NCBI RefSeq assembly: GCF_036321535.1
Contig: NC_087458.1
Span: forward strand, 3,782,001-3,846,000
DNA length: 64,000 nucleotides
Source: Camelus dromedarius
Taxonomy: Eukaryota
Direction: 5' to 3'
The translations under genes and the position numbers were made by a program. Position 1 is the stretch's first letter. The number at the start of each line of letters is the position of its first letter. The notes under the pieces were generated by a model. That model did not search any database. It saw only the letters and a list, made by a program, of their open reading frames with translations, and was not told where the DNA came from. Shown here in pieces: positions 1-10,879 of this stretch.

Positions 1-182
1 TCTCATTAATTTTTATTTCTAGGGCCTGCCATGGTGCCTAGCACCTAGAAGTGCTCAATATATATTGAGGCCTGTTGCTTACCTCTGCAAAAGTGACTGC
101 AAAGAACAACTCCAGATATCTGGAAGCTCTGCAAAGAATGGCAAACCCCTTCCTGCCTCTGCTTCTCCAGCTGGTGTAGAGC

Positions 183-368
183 ATTGATTCTCAAGTGCGG
201 TCCCTCAGACCAGCACCATCAGCGTCATTTGGGGACCTGTTAGAAATGCAAACCTCTGGACATACCCCAGGCCTGTGGAATCAGAAACCATGGGGCAGAG
301 GCCCAGAAATCTGTATTTTAACAGGCCTTCTAGGTGATTCTGATGCACAATGGCATTTGAGAACCAAT
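183..368. mobile_element. MER5A-like hAT MITE
   Basis: ttctcaagtg...cagcaccatcagcgtcatttgggg...gttagaaatgcaaa...gaatcagaaac...aatctgtattttaacagg...aggtgattctgatgcac...tttgagaacca. Confidence 0.8.
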
Positions 369-1478
369 AGGAGAAAGTTCAATGGCATCTGTGTCCTTGT
401 CCTGGTTTAGCTAAGTAGCTATAAGACTAACCACGGGAGGATCCCTAAATCCCTCAAAACTCAGTGTTTCAGGGAATGACAAGGGAGTTGGAAAGATGCC
501 TGAGGACCCTTTCGGTCTAAAATTTTGCAAAATACCAAAGGCAGAAAGAAAGTTTTAAAAAAAAAATGGTCCAATAACTAGATTCATTCATTCAATCAGC
601 AAATATTTACATACTAGGCAGTGTTGTGAGCATGAAATCAATGCGTGACACAAAGTTGCTCCTTTTTAATTCAAGTTGAAACATTTCAGACCACAAACTT
701 TCACCTGTCTTCTGTCTACAAGATTCTCATACTGCATCTGTCATGCAATGTGAACTGGAAAACTGAGAAAATGACCCAAAGAGTTCTGACCACCCCCCTC
801 CCCTCCAAATTACTTTGACTTTAAATCTTGCAAGCTTTTATGTTTCCTTACGGGCCTTCAGTACCAGTGTGTTAGAAGACAAGCACGTGATAATAAATGT
901 GATTATCAAAATAGACTATCTCTGGGTCTACATTACACAGGGCACAAAGTTGCTTGCTTTTTCAGGAAACTGAGTCCATCCGATTGTCTTCTCATTGATT
1001 CTCTTTTCCCGGCAATCAGTAACCAGCTGTTCTGCTGGAGTAAGTCCCTACGTTGACCAAACTTCTTTCCTTTTGATCGGCCTCCCTCCGTCACTGAATT
1101 CTCACTTACCCCACCACACAAACTCAGAGCACTTACTGGGTTCCTGTAAAGTGTTTTAAACTATTTATGATATTTGGTGAGTTTAAATATCCTTTTTTAA
1201 AAGGATCGTTTAAGAAAAAACAAACCAAAAAACTCACTACACACGGACACCTTTGATTCTGACTTGTTCACATTTCACTGCATTTGAAAGGACAGGAGAT
1301 GGCGCCAGAAGGCAGCAGAACGCCTTGGTTTTAGTGGGGTTTTAGCCAATCCCAGCGTGAGGAATGCGCTGGAGAGGGAGCAGTACGAATTGAAACAAAG
1401 GCGGCAGAGTTTGAGTAGTGACTAAGGTAGAGCACAGTGAGGGGTGGGGGTAGGGGAGGGAGATATTGGTGTTTTTTT

Positions 1479-1522
1479 GTTTGTTTGTTTGTTTGTTTGT
1501 TTGTTTGTTTGTTTGTTTGTTT
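1479..1522. repeat. (GTTT)11 microsatellite
   Basis: Read directly. Confidence 0.95.
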
Positions 1523-3913
1523 AACATGTAAGGATTCTCTTGACACTACTCCAAATCAGCCTGGTGACAACAGAATTACCCACAGCTGAGCCAAAGATGA
1601 AAATAAAGGCAAGTCCCTGGAGTTTGCCTCCTTTCCTCCTCTCTCCTAGAAACTGAAGCCTTTGTCCACTTGGGAAACACGAGGGCCTGGAGAAGGTGCT
1701 GATTTGGGGCTGAGACATCTTTGTGAAACAATGTTCAGTAGTGTAGACAAAATCCCAAAGCCCACCAGCAGGGAAACACTTCCCAGAAGGAATCACATAC
1801 AAAACATTTTGAACTAAAATTTGGAAAATTAAAAAAATTCATAGACAACCAGGAGGTGGCGCCTGGCAAGACCTGCTACCTGCCTTGGGAAGCTGCATCG
1901 CAGCCTCAGATCCTCCGCGGGAACTCTGTCCTGGAGGAGGTCATTCTGTCCAAATCGCTTCTTTCCTACCATGCAAAAGATGTCTCTGCTTTCTTTCTTT
2001 ATTCTGTTCCTCTGTGTTAACTATCCTGATTCTCAGGAAGTCTAATTTATGCTTTAAGCCTTTTATCCTTCTTAGGTGGGATGGTTGGGGCTTTGGGGGA
2101 ACCTCAAAACATAAAACTAACCTGGAAGGAAAAACTAATTTGGAGCGTGATGAGAGAATCAAAAAGGAAATGACATCTGCAAATGGCTTTGCTTTGCAGA
2201 TTAATCACAGTAGACAGAAAGGCATGGCAGGCTCCTGCCTCTGCAGGAGCTGATGATTTAGTACATGCATTATTCTGTTCACTTGGCTTTTATCCTGCTC
2301 CCTAATTTAGCTTTTGCTCCCTTTGTTTTGGCTATTTATTGTTACTTGGCAGGAGCAAGGAGGGCAGAGGGAGCTCAAATGGGTGCATCCTCCTGGCTGT
2401 GACTCTGAAGGGTATGGAGCAGAAAGGCTCCAATGTCTGGCCTGAAGTTATCTGAGTTTCACATTCTGTAATGAGGGATTTAGAATGTACATTCCAATCA
2501 GGATTTCCAGTCCCATGACAGAATAAACACCAGCCCACATTCCTGAGACATGGCAGCCTCTCTGCTCCACTTGCCCAAGTTCTCTGGTGGCACGTTCCAC
2601 TCAGTCCCAAAAGCCCTGCCTCAGCCCTTTGTTGGGTAGGAGGGAAGACCCTGGGCCCCTCTCAACTGGATCACATGGTCTCCCTCTGCTCCCTCCCCTC
2701 TCCTCTGGAGTCTGCCTTTTTTTGATGGGGTTAGTGATTGTTTCTAAGATCTCCCCGTCACTTTTCCTGCCCTGGTCTCCCTGCCAGGGGTCAGTGTCCT
2801 CTTCAGTGACAAAAGCCGCCCTAGATCTGGGCTCCCTGGGGAGGGAGGTGGCTGGGTCTGGCAGTTGGAGCCGCTGTCTCTCCATGGTGCTGCTGTAGCC
2901 CCTCCCCCCGCTGGGCACACAAATGGGCTTTATACAGCAAACAAAACCACCCCCCACCCAGGCCACACAGGCACGTGGACCCAGGCCTCACCGTGGGAAG
3001 GGGGTGGTGACAGGCGCAGGAGAAAGAGATCGCTCCAAACAAGTTCTCTTCGCCTCACTTCTCTTCCACAAGCCAGGTTTTAGTCCTTGACTTCCTACCC
3101 TCCACCCACTCCCTGTCTCCCAGCTCCTCCTGGTTACCTCTCTCCAAACTCTGGACTTTTCCTATTCCAGGGCAGCTCAAATCCTGCAGGGGACTGGGAA
3201 CAGGTCCTCCCCGCAGCTGCCCCACATCACCCAGGGAAGGAGTTGCTCCTCAGAGAAGCCAGATGGGGAATGAGTGTCTCCCTGAGGGGGCTGGATGGGA
3301 CCCCAAAGGGCTGAACCCCCAAACCCTCTTTTCCTGCCCCTGCCCACTCCAGGGGACACTGTTGCTTCTCAGCAGTATCTGTGTGAATAGCAGAGGGAGG
3401 AAGAGCTCACCCCAGCTGGGCTCCTGAGCCGGGGCCAGGGCTCCGGTGAAACCCGCTGCTTGCTCCGCAGGGCCATCCCGCATGCTTAATCGGCTATTTA
3501 AGGAGCTATTCGCCAGCAACCCAGGCCACCCCCCTCCCCACGTACACCCGTCCAGAGCCACCTTAAAAGCAGAAGGCAATTGTGAAGTCGCTGGCCAGAA
3601 AGTGGAGTGAAGACTGCAGAGGGAGATAAAAAAAGCAGAGGGCAGAAAGAGAGGCAGCAAGACTTGTCCTGGGAACCAGAAATTCACAGTACCCCACTGA
3701 AAACCAAATCCCCTGGCAGCCCGCAGAAACAAAAAAAAAAACAACCAGAGAAAGAGATCAATACACTCAACTCCAGGAACCTCCTCTTCTCTCTCTCTCT
3801 CCCTCTCTCCCCACACCTCCCTCTCCCCTCCACCTCCCCCCACCACCCCGCCCTAGTCCTCTTGTCCCCTAGTCCCCAAACTCCCAGTACCTTGTGCTCC
3901 TTCCGAGGATACC

Positions 3914-6900
3914 ATGTTGCTTTTCACCCTCCTGCTAGAGGTGATTTGGATCCTGCCTGCAAACGGGGGTAGGTACCTCTGGATGTCTGTGTGTCTGTCT
4001 GTGCTGGTGTACACATGTCGCCATGCATGCTTAATGGAGGAGGAGGAGTGTAAAAGGAAGCCTAGGGGCTAGAATAATAGGCTCAGGGATGGAGGGGGAA
4101 AAAGGAGTGGGGAGGAAACCACTTTCCTCCTTTTCCCTTTGCTTTTCCAGCTTTGCCGTTCATGGGGATGGGGGGCGAACTAGCTGGGGGCAGGATGTGT
4201 ACACACACCCTGCGGGAATCACTTTGCAGGCTACAAAGTCTCTCTGGAGCTCTTTCCCCCACTGCCCTAGTCCCAGGCAACCCTCCTGGCCTTCTTTATT
4301 TACAAACTCATCCAATTAAGGAGCCAAAGAGGCCTGCAGTGAAAGAAAAGAGGACTGATTTGGGGCGGGGGGGAGCACATACCTCCTAACTCAGACCCTG
4401 GTCCCTGACTATAAGCCACGTGGCCAAAGTCCCCTCTTGGTTCTCTACGTGGCAACTAATTTCTCAGCTTTTTTCCTGAACGTAGTAGCAATAATAGTCA
4501 ACATTATTGGGCTCTTTACAGTTGACAAAGGACTTTCAGGAGCTCCCAGGAGAGGAGGAGGGACTCTTGGGGGAAAACAGGCGAAGGTGCTCCAGGAGTG
4601 TCCCCAGGACTCCCACCCCTCATTTTTGTGCTCCTGTGCTTAGCACAGTATTCGGCACAGAGCAGGTGTGTAGTTAAGATGCGTTGGAAGAACAGGGTTG
4701 GGGGTTGTCTAGAGGACAGAAGGGGCATTGCAAAGAGGATGACGGGGGGGGGGGGGGGCACCAAGCCAAGGAGAGTTGCAAATTGCACCTGAGGAAAAAG
4801 AAAAAAATTGGCAAAGAGGAGGAAGAGATGTAGAACTAGTGTGTTGAAGATTTAGTGGGAGGGAAAGGACAAGACAGTCGGCCTGCCCAGAACCAGGGAA
4901 TTTGAGTCATTGAGGTGTCCCACTGAGCTGGTGAGTGAGAGGCAGCCTCCAGCCCTCCCTTGGGCTGCTTTTCAGAATTGTCTGAACCAAGGGATGGGCC
5001 AACAGAAGAGCCCGATGATGAGATCAAGGATATCTTAGAAGTCTGAGGAATTTAAGACAATAAGAGAAAGGAAAGAATGTATAATTTTTTTCCAAAGGTC
5101 CTAGCAATGTGAATAATACAGAGACAACCTGCCAGGACGCCTCCCTTTCCTCTTGAAGCAGTTTGGTCCTGGGTCAGTGCTGGGCCAGCAGACCCCCGGC
5201 CTTTCAGCCCAAGACAGGACTGCCCGAGAGCCTGGCATGTGACCCAGCTGGCAGCTCTCTTCTCCACACACAATGCTTAACTTTCATCCTGTCCCTGCCA
5301 GCCTGCTGCCTGTGCCCACCCACCACCCTCAACGTACAGTGGACCCTGCCCGACTCCCACCTTCCCTAGCCTTCTGACAGTCTAGGGAGCAGAGGTTCCT
5401 GGTGATGTGAAAAGTTTCCTTTAGAGTTACTGGGACCAGAAGGAAGAACTTACATGTTAATTTTCAGATCAGTGCCTTGCTTCTTAAAATGCTTCAAAGC
5501 AAAGGAATAATGGCTCTCTCCCCTCAGCAGCACCACACCAACTCTGAACTTCTTTCCCCTCCTCCCAACTAGTCCCTTTCTCCAAGCTCTCTGCCTACAC
5601 CCTCACCTCAGCCCGATCTTCTAAGGGTTAGATTGGCTTGGCACTGGCTGTAGAAAAGTGAGGGTTGGGCATTCTGCACATTTGGATCCAGGTTAATTTT
5701 AGTCTCCTGGCTTTATCTCTTTTCATTTCTCCTCCCTCTTTACTCAGCGAGCACAAGCGCAGCCTGGCTGGTGATTGTAAATAGGCCCCCCGACCTTTCC
5801 ACTGAGGTGTCCAGTTTCAGGGCTTCCTTTGGGAAGTGCTGGAGCAGAGGGAGGAGAAAGCGCAGAGAGGGAGGGGCAGTGGAGGAGGGCTGGCCCCAGG
5901 CCGCGCTGGCTGTAACTCAAATTACTCTGCTTTGCAGGTCAACACTGGACATATGAGGGTGAGAGCCGAACCCAAGGCACACTGCCCCTCTTCCATACTG
6001 GGGCCTCTTCACCTGGTGGGAAGACTCTTGTCACGTGGGTGGGGAGGCTTCTTTTAGCTTTCACCCTAGCTCCTCCCTTCCAGTCTCCCCATGCCCTAGC
6101 TTTTGCATGTATGGCTCCTAGCCCTATTCTAACCATCAAATCCCACACCTCCTGATACAGCAGAAAAGCCAGTTGTGTCCTCAGTCAGTCTGTGTGGGAA
6201 TGAGGGAGCTGGAGTGGAAAGGGGACTGGGGTGGGGGAGCACCCTGAGCTTAGCTGCCATTCTCCTCCTGGCTCTCTTTCTATCCTGATCGATCCTCCCC
6301 TCACCTGCATCTGTAATTGGGCCAGAGCTTGAGGTCAGGGGTGAGGAAGAGACCAGCCAGACCGTCTGCAACCCTGGCAGAAGTGGAACTTGAATCCTTT
6401 GAGCTTTTGATCAATAACTCAACCAAATTCCAAAGTCAATACAAGGTCCAGGGCAAGAGCAAGAAGTGAATGATGGAAAGTTAGCAGATCTGGCTCTTAA
6501 GGCCACTTGATGGGGACCCTAAAGAGACCCTATCTCTCTGGGATCATTTCCTTTTCCCAGTTTTCCTGCTCCTACTCAAGTCCCACCTCTTGCAGGCTTT
6601 CTATCCATCCCCTCTTCCTTTCATTCAGTTTCTTATCCTCCAACAAGAGGACAGGTAAGTAAAAGCCACTGCTCCCCATGTATCAGGAGCGCTGGGGGGC
6701 ATCACTGCCTCTGGGTGCGTGAAGGGACCACAGCAGCAAGCCCAGCAGGGGGTCCCACTTCACCCAGCCCTGCACAGCTGGGGGCTTCACCCAGGCTGGA
6801 CAGAAGTGCATTTCTGTCTCCACACGGGTTTAGCTTGGTGGGGGGTTGCTGAAGGGTGGCTGGGGCAGGAGGGCAGGACGAATGTCTGTGGTAACCCCCA

Positions 6901-9413
6901 CCAGGCCCACATGGTCAAGACCATTGGCCAGCCTCTTACCCTGAGTGTGGAAGCAATGCCCAGTCTCCCATCAATATCCAGACAGACAGTGTGACTTTTG
7001 ACCCTGAGTTGCTCGTTCTGCAGCCCCATGGATATGAACAGCCTGGCACCGAGCCTTTGGACCTGCACAATAATGGCCACACAGGTAAAAAGCCCAGGCC
7101 CCAAGGAGATGTAAACTCCAGGTCCAATCTTAGGAGTTTAGGGGAGGAATCCTCCTAACCTCTAGATTCTCAGAAGGCTTCATCTATAAATTTGGAGACA
7201 TGAGAATGGGGATGAGGCTCCTGTAGCCAAAGGTGGGAACTGTGTGTGTACAAGCAAGCTCTGCTGGTGGGTTAGTGTCATAGCATTGACTTGATCTTCG
7301 CTGAGAAAGGCAGAGACATGCTAGAAAAGCAGTATGGGAAAAGCCTATGGGAAAAACTGGGTGCTGGGGGGGAGGAAGACAGAAAAGGCTGGCCAAGTCT
7401 CCCAAGAAGTGGTGGCAACCCAGGGGCTGGAATGTATCCACATTCTTCCACCAACCCAAGCTCGCTCTCTTTCCCCCACAGTGCAACTCTCTCTGCCCCC
7501 AACTCTGTATCTGGAGGGACTTCCCAGAAAATATGTAGCTGCCCAGCTCCACCTGCACTGGGGTCAGCGAGGATCCCCGCGGGGCTCAGAGCACCAGATC
7601 AATGGCGAAGCCACAGCTGCAGAGGTACCAGGGAGCAAAGCCTGGACTATGACACAGTGACAGGCATGGTCAGTGCGGGGGAGAGGAAGAATCCACAAAC
7701 TAGGAAAAGTCACACTTGGGAGAAAAGGCCAAGCTTCTCGGGACAGATTTAGGGCATGCTGGTGGTGGTGCTGATGGTAGCGGCTAGGCTAGAAGCCCTG
7801 GGAGTGGGTAGCGGAGAAACATTAAGTGATTCAATTCCCTCTCCCCTCCCTCAGCTCCACATTGTACATTATGATTCCGAGTCCTACGATAGCTTGAGTG
7901 AGGCTGCTCAGAGGCCTCAGGGCCTGGCTGTCTTGGGCATCCTGATTGAGGTCAGTGGCCCCCAACCCCTCCTAGGCCTCTCTCCACTCCCTCTGCATCC
8001 TTCAGTCCTACTCTGCCCCTGTCTGTTGCTGGTCACCCTCCCAAGAAAAGTCAGCAACCCACTCTGACCATTTACTTTACCCACGAATGTCTTACTCCAA
8101 ACCCGGACTCGTTCAAACTCTCTTCCCCTTTCCTCCCATTCCAGGTGGGTGAGACCAAGAATCCAGCTTATGAACACATTCTGAGTCACTTGCATGAAAT
8201 CAGGCATAAAGGTGAGTCCTAAAAATCTACCTTAACACAAAGAAAGGTTAGACTTCAGGGAAACTTCCCCCCAAAGGCCTCAAAGGCCTGGAATGAGGTG
8301 GTGAGTTAGGGACCAGGAGGGTTCGCTTCTGGGAGCCCTGCCTAGGTAAGCTGGGGTGCAGGGAGAGGCAGATGAGTCCAGTGTTCTCACCCAGATCAGA
8401 AGACCTCAGTGCCGCCGTTCAACGTGAGAGAGCTGCTCCCCCCTCTGCTGGCGCAGTTCTTCCGGTACAATGGCTCTCTCACCACACCCCCCTGCTACCA
8501 GAGTGTGCTCTGGACGGTCTTCAGTCGAAGAGCCCAGATCTCGATGGGACAGGTGAGCGGTGGAGAGGGGAGGCAGCAGACAAAGCTGTAACCTCAAACC
8601 CTTTCCTACTCCCCCAAGCGAGTGCCACTTGTCCCTTAATCCCACTCTTCTCCTCGTCCTCAGCTGGAAAAGCTCCAGGAGACTTTGTTCTCCACAGAAG
8701 AAGAGACTTCTAAGCTCCTGGTGCAGAACTACCGAGCCCCCCAGCCTCTCAATCAGCGAGCAGTCTTTGCTTCTTTCATCCAAGGTGACTGTACAGGGCT
8801 TGGAGAAGGAGACAGGAATCTGGGGGACTCAATGGCAGGAACCAGGGAGCCCCTGGGAAGGAAAAGGAGGCTAAGTGGGGAAGGGGTTTCCAGAACTCAC
8901 TTGGACTGCGAGCCAGCCCCCAACCCCGAGTGCTGGCGCAGTGTGCTACTCCCAGCCAGGGTGGGGATCTGGTCTCACTGACCCAAGTTTTCTTCCCTTA
9001 CAGTGGGATCCTTGTATACCACAGGTAAGACAGCCCTCCCCAGGTACTGGGGGACGCCGTGTGTAGGGGCTCCTCAGCAAGTCAGGGAAAGGCTCAGTAT
9101 CTGCATTAGTTCTAGGCTGGCACCTTCCATCTTTCTCTCTCCCAGGTGAAATGCTGAGTCTAGGAGTGGGAATCTTGGTTGGCTGTCTCTGCCTTCTGCT
9201 GGCCCTTTATTTCATCATTAGAAAGATTCGGTGAGATCCTACTCTGCATTCCTCCAATCCTTTCTCTCGTACTGAAAAGCATTCTTGTATTCCACCTCTA
9301 ATCTGTTCCCCCAGGACTAGTCATTTCCATGAACCATTCACCCTTCCAGGAAGAAGAGACTGGGAAACCGGAAAAGTGTGGTCTTCACCTCAGCACGAGC
9401 CACTGAGGCATAG
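3914..9413 (+). CDS. CA14: Carbonic anhydrase 14 (type I membrane alpha-CA), 11 coding exons, 336 aa
   Basis: Exons 3914-3968, 5938-5958, 6905-7084, 7482-7624, 7855-7950, 8145-8211, 8395-8552, 8664-8784, 9004-9024, 9146-9230, 9350-9413; all introns GT-AG; total 1011 nt, one open frame. Signal peptide [29 protein letters not shown] (proton-shuttle His), QLHLHWG + SEH + ELHIVH (Zn ligands), [35 protein letters not shown], tail [21 protein letters not shown]. Confidence 0.97.
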
Positions 9414-9793
9414 ACTCCTTCTCGGACACCATAGATGCCTTCCCCTCGCCTATTAGGGAGCTTGTAAAGTGGTGTGTTGGGACTGGCCAGAAAATCCTGT
9501 AGGAATAGGCCAACACCCCTCCTTCCTCCAGGCAGCCCCTACAGAGGTGTGGACAGGCTCTTGTTCAAGGAAGAACAACAGAGCCATGAGCCTCTCAAAA
9601 CATACAGGAGATCAGGAGACCCCCATGTTGACAATGCAGCAGGCAAACTGTGCTTAGGGGATGCTGGGGATGTGTCCCAAAGTCCCCCACCTCCTCATCT
9701 TTATATTGCTGTCCCTAGATAGAGTGCAGGACCTCCCCTGAGGAAAAAGAGTTGCTGTTGTTGGGGTTGTTTTTTTGCTCAATATATTTGGAA

Positions 9794-9799
9794 ATTAAA
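9794..9799 (+). terminator. CA14: CA14 candidate poly(A) signal ATTAAA
   Basis: First canonical-type hexamer seen after the stop, followed by a T-rich tract. Confidence 0.6.
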
Positions 9800-10155
9800 G
9801 TTTCTGACCCCACTTCTGGCCTTACCTTTGGGGCTTTTTAGAATGGGGAAGTTCCCTAATGCTTCAGATGGCAGAGGTAGGCAAACGATAGGGAAAAGGG
9901 AGCATGGGTGAATAATTCCTTTTATCCCAGTTCTGGAAGGGGAGATCCACTTCTGGAAGACACTTAACACAGTTTCTGACACGTTTGACCACCAGCCCAG
10001 ATTTCTGCCCCAGCGCCAAAGCCAAGCTTGGAGGGGACCAGAGGTTGCCAGGTTAGGAAGGAGGTTGGACAAGAGACATGAGAGGGCAGAAACCTCAATT
10101 TAACATGTTATCCCCTGCCTTTAAAGCCAAGGTCCCCCACAATTATAAAGTCCTT

Positions 10156-10161
10156 TTTATT
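10156..10161 (-). terminator. APH1A: APH1A candidate poly(A) signal AATAAA
   Basis: Plus-strand TTTATT ~720 nt past the long-isoform stop. Confidence 0.65.
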
Positions 10162-10879
10162 AGTCAAAATCACAATCACCTTGATTAAAAGGATGGGACA
10201 CACCATCCTCAGCAGAAAATGATACAGTTTGTAGAAAACCTCCCCGTCCCCCTCACCCCCCAATTAAAAACTAGAAAAAATCTGCCCTCCTTCCCTGTGA
10301 TGTCACGGTAGGCTGACTCCTCCAGTGGCACTGCAGCTCTGGAGTGGGCCAGCTCCCCACAGCACCCTCCACTTCACCTTGGGGAGAGGAGGGATGCTGG
10401 CGGTCAAGGAGGTTAAATCATTAGTTCCAGTAATACCAGTTCCCAAACATGCACTTCCTTCCTTTCCCCCAAAGCCTGCGACCAAGGGGAAAGCTGGACA
10501 GATATGAGCCCAGCCATAAGGAGCAATTTAAGGAGGGAAGATATAGTCCAAGGAGGTTGGGAGAAGAATTCCAACATACCTCCTCCCTCCCCCAACTCAA
10601 AAAAAAAAAAAAAAGAAAAGGCAATTTGGGGTCTTTATCACATCAAAAATGGTTCCCCTCAGACCTGAGAAAAAGACCAAGGTGTCAGCCTGGGGAGGGG
10701 ATACTGGGAAACTCAGAGCTCGTCTACCCTTCAACCTCCATTGACTTCATCTCCGTGGCAATGGCTAAGCTAGGTCCCTTTTCTTGGCAACCTGCACTGT
10801 CCAGAACTGGAGATGGAGAAATACAGGGCGAGGTGATCAGGAGGGCACCGCAGGCCCAGGGGTCCCCCCCCAGGTTCCC

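Noticed and set aside
2147-2253. C/D-box-like pair (GTGATGA...CTGA)
   Set aside because: No terminal stem, no recognisable guide, not inside a host intron.
3494-3503. CTATTTAAGG as a MEF2 site or TATA box for CA14
   Set aside because: Mismatches the MEF2 consensus, and TSS position cannot be fixed from sequence alone.
3250-3846. 198-codon minus-strand ORF over the CA14 5' region
   Set aside because: Built from low-complexity GA/CT tracts, no recognisable domain, antisense to a known promoter/UTR.
8685-8981. CA14 exon 8 read-through giving a TM-less, possibly secreted enzyme
   Set aside because: The exon 8 donor is canonical and retention would place a stop upstream of later junctions (likely NMD); no intronic poly(A) signal seen.
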